The notes under the pieces are model-generated. The model worked only from the letters and a program-made list of their open reading frames with translations. It searched no databases and had not been told where the DNA came from. A DNA stretch of 64,000 bases from Longimicrobiales bacterium (GTDB taxonomy: Bacteria > Gemmatimonadota > Gemmatimonadetes > Longimicrobiales > Gaopeijiaceae): positions 2,304,001-2,368,000 of the forward strand of contig OZ220732.1 of assembly GCA_965116905.1 (NCBI GenBank), given 5' to 3'. This document shows positions 20,638-29,528 of this stretch, one piece after another; position 1 is the first letter of the stretch; each line of letters opens with the position of its first letter. The position numbers were made by a program, and so were the translations under genes.

Positions 20638-22152
20638 ATGAACAACGCAGCCACGGGCATGAACATCTGCCGATCCTTCAAGCATGGCCCGAGGGCAAAG
20701 CCGGGCCTGTGGCCGGTGTCGGCGTTCTTCGCCGCCCTGCTCCTCTCTGCCTGCGGCGGCGACGAGGAGACCCCGGTCGCCCCGCCGCCGCCCCCACCCC
20801 CGCCGCCCCAGGAGCCCAACGTGCTCCCGACGGCCGCCTTCGCGCTCGACGTGGACCTTGGCGAGGTGCCTCTCGAGGTGAGCTTCGACGCTTCGTCGTC
20901 GACCGATTCGGACGGCAGCCTGGTTTCGTACGCGTGGAGGTTCGGCGACGGCGGCACGGGGTCGGGCGTTCGCACGACGCACACCTACGGGGAGCCGGGA
21001 AGGTACCGGGTCGACCTGACCGTCACCGACGACCGCGGAGACACGGCGTCCGCGCGCGGTGCCGTGGTTGCCTACAGTCCCCCGGGGAGCGGACCCAACG
21101 CCGTCGCGGGCACGGTGTGGTTCGACCGTGACATGGACGGCGCCCTGGACGACGAAGAACGCCGGCTGGGTGGCTTTGCGGTCTTCGTCGACGAAAACGG
21201 CAACGGAGCCTACGACAACGGCGAGAGGTTCACCCTGTCGGCCCCGGACGGCACCTACGAACTGGCGGGACTCGATCTGGGCACCAGCCACACGGTCTCC
21301 CAATTCCTGGAATTCGGCTGGACCAGCACGTTCGCGGGACCGGCCGCGCCCCCCTCGGATGCGCTGCCACCCGGGACTGCGGCGATCGTCAACGGCGACA
21401 ACGCCGACATCGAGGCGTTCCCGTTCCAGGTGGCCCTGCGGACCAGCGAGACCCAGTTCCAGTTCTGCGGCGGGACCCTGATCAACAGCCGCTGGGTGTT
21501 GACGGCCGCCCACTGCGTTGCGGGCGCCCCCGCCAGCGAAATCGAAGTCCTCGTCGGCAGCGCCGATCTGAACACCGGCGGCGAGCGCGTGCCCGTGCAG
21601 GCGGTCCGGTTCCATCCGAGCTTCGGCGCCACGATCGACTACGACGTCGCGCTGCTGCGGCTTCCGGATCCGCTGCTGCGCCCCCGTGTCTACCTGCAGC
21701 GGCGCGACCAGCCGGCCTATTCCGAGCCCGGCGACACGGCCACCGCCATCGGCTGGGGACAGACCGAAACGGGCGACCCGTCCGACGTGCTTAAGAAAAC
21801 GACCCTGCCGATCATTACGAACTCCGATTGCGACAAGATCGCGGGCATCTTCTTCTCCCGCATCACGGAGCGCGTGATCTGCGCCGGGGCGGAGCGCCTG
21901 GACCGGGGCATCTGCTTCGGAGACAGCGGCGGTCCGCTACTCGTGCCGTACGAAGAGTCGTGGATGGAGGTGGGGATTTCGAGCTTCCTGGTCAACCGGG
22001 ACCAGTGCGGCAACATCCCGACCGCGTTTGCGCGCGTCTCCGAACTGTACGACTACATCGTCTCCATCGCGCGGATCGAGGACTCGCTGGCCTACGAAGT
22101 CGACTGGAGCGAAGGGACCACGGTGCGGGTCGACTTCGGCAACTTCCACTAG
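20638..22152 (+). CDS. Lipoprotein S1A serine protease with PKD and SdrD-B-like domains
   Basis: LLLSAC lipobox; PKD (FDASSSTDSDG..WRFGDG..HTY); VWFDRDMDG SdrD-B; IVNG, TAAHC, DVALL, GDSGGP. Start 20638 or 20659. Confidence 0.9.
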   Translation: MNNAATGMNICRSFKHGPRAKPGLWPVSAFFAALLLSACGGDEETPVAPPPPPPPPPQEPNVLPTAAFALDVDLGEVPLEVSFDASSSTDSDGSLVSYAWRFGDGGTGSGVRTTHTYGEPGRYRVDLTVTDDRGDTASARGAVVAYSPPGSGPNAVAGTVWFDRDMDGALDDEERRLGGFAVFVDENGNGAYDNGERFTLSAPDGTYELAGLDLGTSHTVSQFLEFGWTSTFAGPAAPPSDALPPGTAAIVNGDNADIEAFPFQVALRTSETQFQFCGGTLINSRWVLTAAHCVAGAPASEIEVLVGSADLNTGGERVPVQAVRFHPSFGATIDYDVALLRLPDPLLRPRVYLQRRDQPAYSEPGDTATAIGWGQTETGDPSDVLKKTTLPIITNSDCDKIAGIFFSRITERVICAGAERLDRGICFGDSGGPLLVPYEESWMEVGISSFLVNRDQCGNIPTAFARVSELYDYIVSIARIEDSLAYEVDWSEGTTVRVDFGNFH

Positions 22153-22168
22153 CGCCCGCCGCCGCCCC

Positions 22169-23182
22169 TCACGACACGTACTCCCTGAGCTTCGCCACCT
22201 GGTCGTGGTCGCCGAGCACGATCAGGTCGTCGCCGGCGCCGAGCCGCATGTCGGCCCTCGGGTTGAACAGGATGTCCTTGCCGGCGTCGCCGTGCTTGCT
22301 GACCGCGATCACGACCAGCCCGGTCCGCTCCGGGATCCGCGCCTCTTCCAGCGTCCGTCCCAGGATCTTCGACCGCCCGCCGACCGTGGCCTGGTCGATG
22401 TGGCGCGAGAGGTGAACCCCGGTGGAGGTCACGTCGAGGAATGAGGCGACGGACGGCCGGGTGAGCAGCGAGGCCACCCATACGGCCCCGGTCACGTTCG
22501 GGCTGACCACGTGATCGGCGCCGGCCTGATACATCTTGGCCGTCGCCGACTGGCCCTCGGCCCGTGCGATGACCACCAGCTTCGAATTCAGGTGACGGGC
22601 CGACAGGCAGACGAAGAGGTTGTCCGCGTCGGCCGAAAGGCAGGTGACGAGGCCCATGGCGGAATCGACGCCCGCTCGTCTGAGCACGCGGTCCTCGGCC
22701 GCATTGTCGTCGACGATCAGCACGTCGGGATCGACGTTGCGCAGGGCATCGCCCGCCTCGGGGTCCCTCTCGATCACGACGTACTCCTTCTTCGCGCCGA
22801 TCAGCTCCACGATGACCTGGGTCCCCATCCTCCCGGCGCCGCACACGATCACATGGTCCTTCATGCGACGAATCCTTTTCATGGTTGTACGCTTTTTGTA
22901 CGTGTTGCGTAGGTCCATCCGCACCATCGACGTGGTGATCAGGGCGAACCACGCGGCCAGTCCCGTGAGCCCGCCGATGAGCATGCATATCGTCCAGTAG
23001 CGGCCCGCCTGGGTCAGAGGGTGCACCTCGTGGTAGCCGACCGCGGTGATCGTAATGATCGTCATGTAGAACGAGTCGGCCCAGTTCCACCCCTCGATCC
23101 ACGCGTAGCCGACGGTCCCGACGCCGACGAGCAGCAGGAAGAAGGCCACGACCATCGCGACCTGGGAACCGCGAAAGATCAT
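22169..23182 (-). CDS. Potassium channel protein (Ion_trans_2 + RCK/TrkA-N + TrkA-C)
   Basis: 2 TM with pore DSFYMTIITITAVGYHEV, HVIVCGAGRMG Rossmann motif, AGADHVVSP, C-terminal FNP..GDDLIVLG. Confidence 0.88.
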   Translation of the reverse strand: MIFRGSQVAMVVAFFLLLVGVGTVGYAWIEGWNWADSFYMTIITITAVGYHEVHPLTQAGRYWTICMLIGGLTGLAAWFALITTSMVRMDLRNTYKKRTTMKRIRRMKDHVIVCGAGRMGTQVIVELIGAKKEYVVIERDPEAGDALRNVDPDVLIVDDNAAEDRVLRRAGVDSAMGLVTCLSADADNLFVCLSARHLNSKLVVIARAEGQSATAKMYQAGADHVVSPNVTGAVWVASLLTRPSVASFLDVTSTGVHLSRHIDQATVGGRSKILGRTLEEARIPERTGLVVIAVSKHGDAGKDILFNPRADMRLGAGDDLIVLGDHDQVAKLREYVS

Positions 23183-23241
23183 GGGCGCCGCTCGTAGGTC
23201 ATGGGTACCGCTCGAAGATCATGGGCGCCGCTCGAAGATCA
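23171..23241. repeat. 20-bp tandem repeat, about 3.5 copies, at the serine hydrolase / K+ channel junction
   Basis: Units CTCGAAGATCATGGGCGCCG and variants; each full unit carries an ATGA stop/start on the minus strand. Confidence 0.85.
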
Positions 23242-24673
23242 GATCGCGCACCCGCACGCCCGTCACGGTGAAGCCGCTCAGGCGGCCCGCCCCGTCGCGC
23301 ACGAAGCGCACCTCGGGCAGGAACCACTGGTCGCCGGTGAATTCGTCCTCACCGGTCGGCGACAGCACGCTCGGGTCGTTGCGCCAGTGGCTGGCGACGA
23401 GCCGTCCCTCTGCGTCCACATCCAGGTCGTAGGTGCTGTCCAGCTCCGGACTGCGGTAGCTGCCCGCGTACTCCCGCAGTTGATCGGCGGTCAGCGACGG
23501 GCCCTCGGGTTCGGGCTCGGGCTCCGGGGTCTCGGGTTCGGGCCCCATGAGGTTGCCGACGTAGACCTCGGCCACCCTGCGCGCGCGCCCGGCCGGGTCG
23601 CAGTCCGAGACGTTGCAGAAGATGGCGATCGAGAGGTTCTGCTCCGGGAAGCGCGTGAAGTTGGTGCGGTAGCCCACCCACGAGCCGCCGTGCCCGAAGG
23701 TGGGAAGCCCGCGGTAGTCCCCGACCGAGAGCCCGTGGGCATAGTCGAGCGTGTCGCCGTTGGTCAGCACGCCCGCTTGCACCATCGTGCGCAGCATCTC
23801 CTCGCCGCCCACCTCTGCCGTCTCGTAGTTGCGCATCCAGCGGATGAAGTCGTCGATCGAGGTGTGCAGCGACGAGGAAGCGAGCGCCGTCAGCTGGTTC
23901 GGCAACCGCTGAAAGCCCTCGCCCGCGCGTTCACCCTCGCCCAGGCCCCCGGCCAGGCCCATCGGCGCGTACGACTCCGCCCGTCCGGGAACGATCTCCA
24001 GGTAGTCATCCGAAAAATGCGTCCGCGTCATCCCCAGCGGCCCGAAGATCCGCGACTCGGTGTACTCGCGGAACGTCATCCCCGACTGCACCTCGATCAC
24101 GCGCGCCAGCAGGTTGTAACCGGTATTCGAATACGCGTACTCGGAGTTCGGCGGGAAGTTGATCGCCTGCTGGTGTTGCAGCATGCGCAGGATCTTCTCG
24201 AACGAGATCACGTCCGTGAACCCGATCCCTCCGAGCGCCATCGTGTGCGGCCAATCCCGGATCCCGCTCGTGTGGTGGATCAGGTGCCGGGCCGTGATGA
24301 CCGCGCCGAAGTCCGGCAGCTCGGGAACGTAGGTGCGCACATCGGCGTCCAGGTCCAGGTTGCCTTCGGATTCGAGGAGAAGAGCGGCCATGGCCCCGAA
24401 TTGCTTGGATATCGACGCGATGTCGAAAACCGTTCCCGGGGTGATGGGAATGCCGTGATCCATGTGCGCGGTGCCGTAACCCGCGCGATGCACCACCTCG
24501 CCGCCCATCACGACCCCCACAGCCGCGCCGGGACGGTCGCCGGCCAGGTCGGCGAAGATGGCGTCGACGTCCGGATTGGTGGGGCCGCCGGACGCGGGAG
24601 GTGGGGGCGCACAACCGGCAAGCCATGCGATCGAGAATGCGGCAAGCGTTGCCGTCAGTGGTATCCGTTTCAT
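23219..24673 (-). CDS. Serine hydrolase, beta-lactamase/AmpC-like (S12) lipoprotein
   Basis: LAGC lipobox, ASISKQF (SxxK), YSNTGY (YxN), HGG; AGGAGG RBS before ATG 24673. Confidence 0.9.
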   Translation of the reverse strand: MKRIPLTATLAAFSIAWLAGCAPPPPASGGPTNPDVDAIFADLAGDRPGAAVGVVMGGEVVHRAGYGTAHMDHGIPITPGTVFDIASISKQFGAMAALLLESEGNLDLDADVRTYVPELPDFGAVITARHLIHHTSGIRDWPHTMALGGIGFTDVISFEKILRMLQHQQAINFPPNSEYAYSNTGYNLLARVIEVQSGMTFREYTESRIFGPLGMTRTHFSDDYLEIVPGRAESYAPMGLAGGLGEGERAGEGFQRLPNQLTALASSSLHTSIDDFIRWMRNYETAEVGGEEMLRTMVQAGVLTNGDTLDYAHGLSVGDYRGLPTFGHGGSWVGYRTNFTRFPEQNLSIAIFCNVSDCDPAGRARRVAEVYVGNLMGPEPETPEPEPEPEGPSLTADQLREYAGSYRSPELDSTYDLDVDAEGRLVASHWRNDPSVLSPTGEDEFTGDQWFLPEVRFVRDGAGRLSGFTVTGVRVRDLIFERRP

Positions 24674-24890
24674 GCGTCGGCCTCCTGATGCCCGGTAATC
24701 GTGACACTTGGCTGCCACGGTGGCGCGGACGTGCGTCGATTGCAATAGCGGTGCGTGGCGGGGCCCGACCCACGGCCTGCCGACGCTGCTATGAGCCCTT
24801 CACAATCCGGTAGCGGACGATGTAGTCGACGCCGAGCCGTGCCCCTGCCAGGAGCGGAAACGGATGCTTCGCGGGCGTGTTGGCCGTCGT

Positions 24891-24930
24891 TTTGCGACAA
24901 TTTCGGACAAAGATGCGACAAAAACGGACA
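24891..24930. promoter_or_regulatory. Four helically phased GACA direct repeats in a divergent promoter region (putative operator)
   Basis: GACA at 24896, 24906, 24917, 24927 (spacing 10/11/10) in AT-rich context. Confidence 0.5.
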
Positions 24931-24990
24931 TTGGCCATATTGTCTATCATGATCGAAGTCACCGGTAACGTAAGAAGGCGCCCTGCATCA

Positions 24991-27777
24991 GTGCGCCCTC
25001 CATCAGTATACCCCCTCGCCACCGGGTGGTGCCTCCTTTTCACCCTGTTCTCGCTTACCCCGAGCTCTGCGGCCGCACAGGCCGGCATGGAGGGCACGGT
25101 CCGCCACGCGGCAACAGCAGCGCCCCTCGCCGGTGTGCAGGTCAGTATGCCGGCGCTCAGCCTGGGCGGCCTCACCGATCCGGGCGGAAACTACGCGATC
25201 TCGGACATCCCCGCCGGGACGCACACGGTCGAGTTCAGCAGGATCGGCTTCGCCACCGAGGTCCGGGAGGTCACGCTGGCCGACGGCCAGACCTTGCAAC
25301 TGGACCTGGCGCTGCGCGAAACAGCGGTCGCGCTCGAGGGACTGGTCGCGGTGGGCAGCCGGGCGCGGCCTCGCACCGTCACGCAATCGGCCGTGCCGAT
25401 CGACGCCATCGCCTCGCAGGACTTCATCGACCAGGGCGACACGGACCTGAACGACCTTCTCCGCACGGTGATCCCCTCCTTCAACGTCAATCCGCAGGCC
25501 GTGGGGGACGCGGCCCGGATCATCCGGCCCGCCAGTCTGCGCGGACTGGCCCCCGACCACACCCTGGTGCTGGTCAACGGCAAGCGCCGCCACCGCGCGG
25601 CGGTGATCACCTGGATCGGCGGCGGGTTCGCCGACGGCGCCCAGGGGCCCGACATCTCGTCGATCCCCGCGATTGCGGTGCGCCAGGCCGAGGTGCTCCG
25701 CGACGGGGCGTCGGCACAGTACGGCTCCGACGCGATCGCCGGGGTGATGAACTTCACGCTCAAGGACGCTCCCTCCGGCGGAAGCATCGAGTTCCGCACG
25801 GGCACGTTCATGGAGGGCGACGGCGAGTCCTACACGCTGGCGGGCAACATCGGGCTCCCGCTCGGCGAGAGCGGGTTCGCCAATCTCAGCGCCGAGTTCG
25901 GCGCGTCGAACCCGACCAGCCGGAGCGTGCAGCGGGACGACGCTGCGGCGCTGATCGCGGCGGGGAATACGCACGTCCGCGACCCGGCCCAGATCTGGGG
26001 GGCGTTCGACGTCGACAACGACCTCAAGCTATGGGGCAATTTCGGGCACTTCGTCCGCGACGGCCTGCAGCTCTACGGGCACGCCAACTACTCGACCGAG
26101 ACCATCACCGGCGGCTTCTTCTTCCGCAACCCGAACACCCGCGCGGGGGTCTACAGCCTCGACGGCGGCAAGACGCTGCTGGTCGGCGACCTGCTCGACG
26201 CCCGCGACGGCGTGCTCGACGGCTCGGCCGGGTGTCCGGTGGTCAACATCACCAACTGGGTCCCGGACCCGGTCGCGCTGGCCCGCGTGTTCGAGGATCC
26301 CAACTGCTTCACCTTCCAGGAACTCTTCCCCGGGGGCTTCACGCCCCAGTTCGGGGGCGACGCAATGGACGGATCGGTCGTTGCGGGGGTCAAGGGACAG
26401 ACCGGGGGCGGGCTGCTGTGGGATGCCAGCGTCGTCATGGGACGCAACGCGATCGACTTCTTCATCGACAACACGGTGAACGCGTCGCTGGGTCCGGAGT
26501 CCCCTTCGTCCTTCGACCCCGGCCTCTACCAGCAGTCGGAGCTGAACCTCAACGTCGACCTGAACTATGCGGTGAACGACGTGGTCAACGTCGCCGGCGG
26601 CGCGGAGTTCCGCGACGAACACTTCAAGATCGGGCTCGGCGACGACGCGTCGTGGGTGATCGGGCCCTTCGCCGCGCAGGGGTTCAGCTCCGGCTCGAAC
26701 GGTTTCCCCGGCTTCAGCGACATTGCGGCGGGGGCGTGGCACCGGGTCAACTTCGCGGTGTACGGGGACCTGGAGATGAGAAGCCGGGACGACCGGTGGA
26801 CGCTCGGCGCCGCGCTCCGCACCGAGCGCTTCGCGGACTTCGGGACCACGGCGAACGGGAAGGTGGCGGGCCGGCTCGCCCTTGGCGACGCGCTGGCCGT
26901 CCGCGGCAGCCTCAGCACCGGGTTCAGGGCGCCGACGCCGGGGCAGCAGAACGCATTCAACGTGACCACCGGATTCGACAGGACGCTGCGGGAGCTGGTC
27001 AACAACGGCACGATTCCCTCGACGTCGAGAGTGGCGGAAGTCGTGGGCGGCAAGCCGCTCGACGCCGAGAAGTCGGTGAACGCCAGTCTCGGCTTCGTGG
27101 TCGACGCAGGGGCGTTCAGTGTGTCGGCGGACTACTTCCGGATCGCGCTCTCGGACCGAATCGCGCTCAGTCAGGTGTTTTCGCTCGACCCGGCGGACGC
27201 CGAGCGCCTCATCGCGGAGGGGATCACGAGCGCGCGGAACCTGGCCAACTTCCGCTTCTTCACCAACGAGTTCGACACCCGCACGCAGGGGATCGACGTG
27301 GTGGCGTCGTTCGTGCCCGGTGCGGGCGCCGGGACGGGCGACGCGGGCGGGGCGGGCGGCACCGAGTTCAGCCTCGCGTTCAACCACACGAACACGAGGG
27401 TGACCCGCTACAACCCCCAGGTGCTCGACGAGGTGCGCATCCGGCAACTGGAAGACGCGCTGCCCGGCACGCGCTGGATGGCATCGGCGCGGAGGACCCT
27501 GGGCGGCATCTCGGCGCTGGCACGGCTGAGCTACTACGCCGGCTGGTTCGATGCGCGCGACGACCGCGCCTATCCCGGCGAGTCCCTCATCGACCTGGAG
27601 GCGTCCTACCCGGTGACCGAGGCGGCGAGCGTCACCATCGGTGCGCAAAACGCGCTCAACCGGTATCCCCAGGAGAACCCCGACGCGGCAATGGTGGCGG
27701 GGAACCGCTACAGCTCACAGACCCCCTTCGGCGCCAGCGGCGGATTCGTGTACGTGAAGGCGGGGTATCGCTGGTAG
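24991..27777 (+). CDS. TonB-dependent receptor with N-terminal carboxypeptidase-regulatory-like domain
   Basis: LVAVGSRAR TonB-box region, LRGLAPDHTLVLVNGKRRH, VLRDGASAQYGSDAIAGVMN plug motifs, STGFRAP, ends YVKAGYRW. Start uncertain (24949-24991). Confidence 0.92.
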   Translation: MRPPSVYPLATGWCLLFTLFSLTPSSAAAQAGMEGTVRHAATAAPLAGVQVSMPALSLGGLTDPGGNYAISDIPAGTHTVEFSRIGFATEVREVTLADGQTLQLDLALRETAVALEGLVAVGSRARPRTVTQSAVPIDAIASQDFIDQGDTDLNDLLRTVIPSFNVNPQAVGDAARIIRPASLRGLAPDHTLVLVNGKRRHRAAVITWIGGGFADGAQGPDISSIPAIAVRQAEVLRDGASAQYGSDAIAGVMNFTLKDAPSGGSIEFRTGTFMEGDGESYTLAGNIGLPLGESGFANLSAEFGASNPTSRSVQRDDAAALIAAGNTHVRDPAQIWGAFDVDNDLKLWGNFGHFVRDGLQLYGHANYSTETITGGFFFRNPNTRAGVYSLDGGKTLLVGDLLDARDGVLDGSAGCPVVNITNWVPDPVALARVFEDPNCFTFQELFPGGFTPQFGGDAMDGSVVAGVKGQTGGGLLWDASVVMGRNAIDFFIDNTVNASLGPESPSSFDPGLYQQSELNLNVDLNYAVNDVVNVAGGAEFRDEHFKIGLGDDASWVIGPFAAQGFSSGSNGFPGFSDIAAGAWHRVNFAVYGDLEMRSRDDRWTLGAALRTERFADFGTTANGKVAGRLALGDALAVRGSLSTGFRAPTPGQQNAFNVTTGFDRTLRELVNNGTIPSTSRVAEVVGGKPLDAEKSVNASLGFVVDAGAFSVSADYFRIALSDRIALSQVFSLDPADAERLIAEGITSARNLANFRFFTNEFDTRTQGIDVVASFVPGAGAGTGDAGGAGGTEFSLAFNHTNTRVTRYNPQVLDEVRIRQLEDALPGTRWMASARRTLGGISALARLSYYAGWFDARDDRAYPGESLIDLEASYPVTEAASVTIGAQNALNRYPQENPDAAMVAGNRYSSQTPFGASGGFVYVKAGYRW

Positions 27778-27792
27778 GGAGAGGCGTCGGTA

Positions 27793-28860
27793 TCAGGCGC
27801 GGTCCGCGTCAGGCGGGGCGGCCTCGGGCAGGCTGGCCTCCGGCGGGCTGGCCGTCCCCTCCGTCTTGCCCTCCCGGTGCTCCTTCATGAATTCCTCCGT
27901 CCCTTCAGGCAGGAACAGGTTGTCGGAAATGTCCGCGATCTCCTCGGCGTCCCGCCAGGCCTGCTCCAGCAGCCAGAGCTCGCCTTCCAGCGCGCGGCGT
28001 TCCTGCTCTTCGTGGAGCGCCATCTCGAGTGCCAGCTTGGTGGGTTTGGGCATCTTGTTGATGTAGCCGGGCACGCCCTTCTTGTCCTTGAACCGGTCTC
28101 CCTCGGCCACGTCGAGCAGGAAGCGCTCCGGGTGGCCGAGGGTCTCGATTTCCGTCACCGCGTCCTGGACCGTCTCCTTCGTGCCGCCCATCGAGTTCAT
28201 TCTTGGCAGGATCGATCCGGCGAAGCGGCGGGCCTCGGGGCCCTCGTGCCAGGTTTTCTTCTTCCCCTTGCGCACCTGGACCTTGAAGCCGAGATCGTCG
28301 TCGGACGGACGCACCCGCGTGCCCAGCAGGTCCTGGCGCTTGAGCTTGATGGTCCCGCCCCCTTCGGGGTGCAGCTTGACGAGCGTGCGGGAGTTCATCC
28401 ACATGTTGACGAAGTTGCCGGACTGGCTGAGCATGAAGCCGCTGAAGATGCCCGCGGCGGCCCCCCCGATCATGATTCCTCCGAAGACGGCGACACCGGC
28501 GGCGCCATACAGGATCGCCTTTCGCCGCCGTCGCCCGAACTGGTCGCCGTAGCGCCAGGCAGCGAACTCGGGCCGCATGGGCTCGCCGATCCGGACCAGC
28601 GTCAGCCCCTCGGGATGGCGCGCGAGCCCGATGTTGTCGGTCGAGACGCGGATGCGGGTATCGCGGAAGATCCGTTCGCAGTCCTCGACCGCCTCCCAGC
28701 GCTCCTCGAGCGGCGTGAGATTCCAGCGCTCGCACTTCCTGCACACCACCCAGAGCCGCCCGCGCGCGGCGTCGAAGGCGAGTCGGCGCCCGACGGGGAA
28801 CGACTCGATGACCTCGTTCGCGCCCAGGGGCTTGCGGCAGAACATGCACGACTTGTACAA
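27793..28860 (-). CDS. Conserved hypothetical protein with N-terminal Zn-ribbon (Gemmatimonadota-type)
   Basis: CMFC...FPVGRRLAFDAARGRLWVVCRKCERWNLTPLEERWE, one TM segment, C-terminal LEMALHEEQERRALEGEL; TTG start after AGGAGG. Confidence 0.8.
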   Translation of the reverse strand: MYKSCMFCRKPLGANEVIESFPVGRRLAFDAARGRLWVVCRKCERWNLTPLEERWEAVEDCERIFRDTRIRVSTDNIGLARHPEGLTLVRIGEPMRPEFAAWRYGDQFGRRRRKAILYGAAGVAVFGGIMIGGAAAGIFSGFMLSQSGNFVNMWMNSRTLVKLHPEGGGTIKLKRQDLLGTRVRPSDDDLGFKVQVRKGKKKTWHEGPEARRFAGSILPRMNSMGGTKETVQDAVTEIETLGHPERFLLDVAEGDRFKDKKGVPGYINKMPKPTKLALEMALHEEQERRALEGELWLLEQAWRDAEEIADISDNLFLPEGTEEFMKEHREGKTEGTASPPEASLPEAAPPDADRA

Positions 28861-29045
28861 GGCCCCTCCTGTTGACGTAGCGGCACACGCGCCGTAACCA
28901 AAGTAGGATACGAGGTTGGCTGGCGCGTTGTTCACCCGGGGCGTCCACCGCTACGGTGACAACGGAGGTGGTCTGCAGCGTGCTGCCACGCGAGCGGGTC
29001 ACGCACGAAACGATGGCGACGAGAAGCGCCGCTCGTTTCTTCAAT

Positions 29046-29507
29046 TCATCGCAGGCTCACGTTCACGGCGAACTCCAACTGCCGGTGCATATTGGGCCGG
29101 ATCGCGAAGCCGGTTTCGACCCCCCGCCCCTCGCGCACCGCCTCGTTCCTGTCCCGGGCCGCACGGTTCCAGTCCCCTGCCGTGCGCCACGCCGACACTA
29201 TGCTCCACACCCAGCCGCCGCACCCCAACAACAATCCTACTTCGTGGAGAGTCGTAACGGTCCCTGTCCGCATGGCATGCCCTGTTGCCAGGAGGCCGGC
29301 CACACGGGGCACCGCCGGCGCGATGCCGCGCCTGGGGTCGCCCGCGTACGCATGACCCAAGAAGGGGAAGAGGAATTCGAGCGTCGCGGCGCCCCACTCC
29401 GAACGCAGCGGTAGCACATCGTCGTCGTCTGGAAGCTGGGCGGCAACGGGAGCGACCGCGACGGCCGAGAGAACGGTAGCGAGCATGAAAGCTGTACGTC
29501 GTCTCAT
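29046..29507 (-). CDS. Hypothetical exported/membrane protein
   Basis: AAGGAGA RBS, signal peptide ending VAAQ, FPFLGHAYAG motif and hydrophobic segments. Confidence 0.65.
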   Translation of the reverse strand: MRRRTAFMLATVLSAVAVAPVAAQLPDDDDVLPLRSEWGAATLEFLFPFLGHAYAGDPRRGIAPAVPRVAGLLATGHAMRTGTVTTLHEVGLLLGCGGWVWSIVSAWRTAGDWNRAARDRNEAVREGRGVETGFAIRPNMHRQLEFAVNVSLR

Positions 29508-29528
29508 GGGTGTCTCCTTCGGGATAGG

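Noticed and set aside
22990..23070. Non-canonical K+ filter TAVGYHE instead of TVGYG
   Set aside because: GYx/GFx-E variants are common among prokaryotic RCK-containing channels; weak evidence of novelty.
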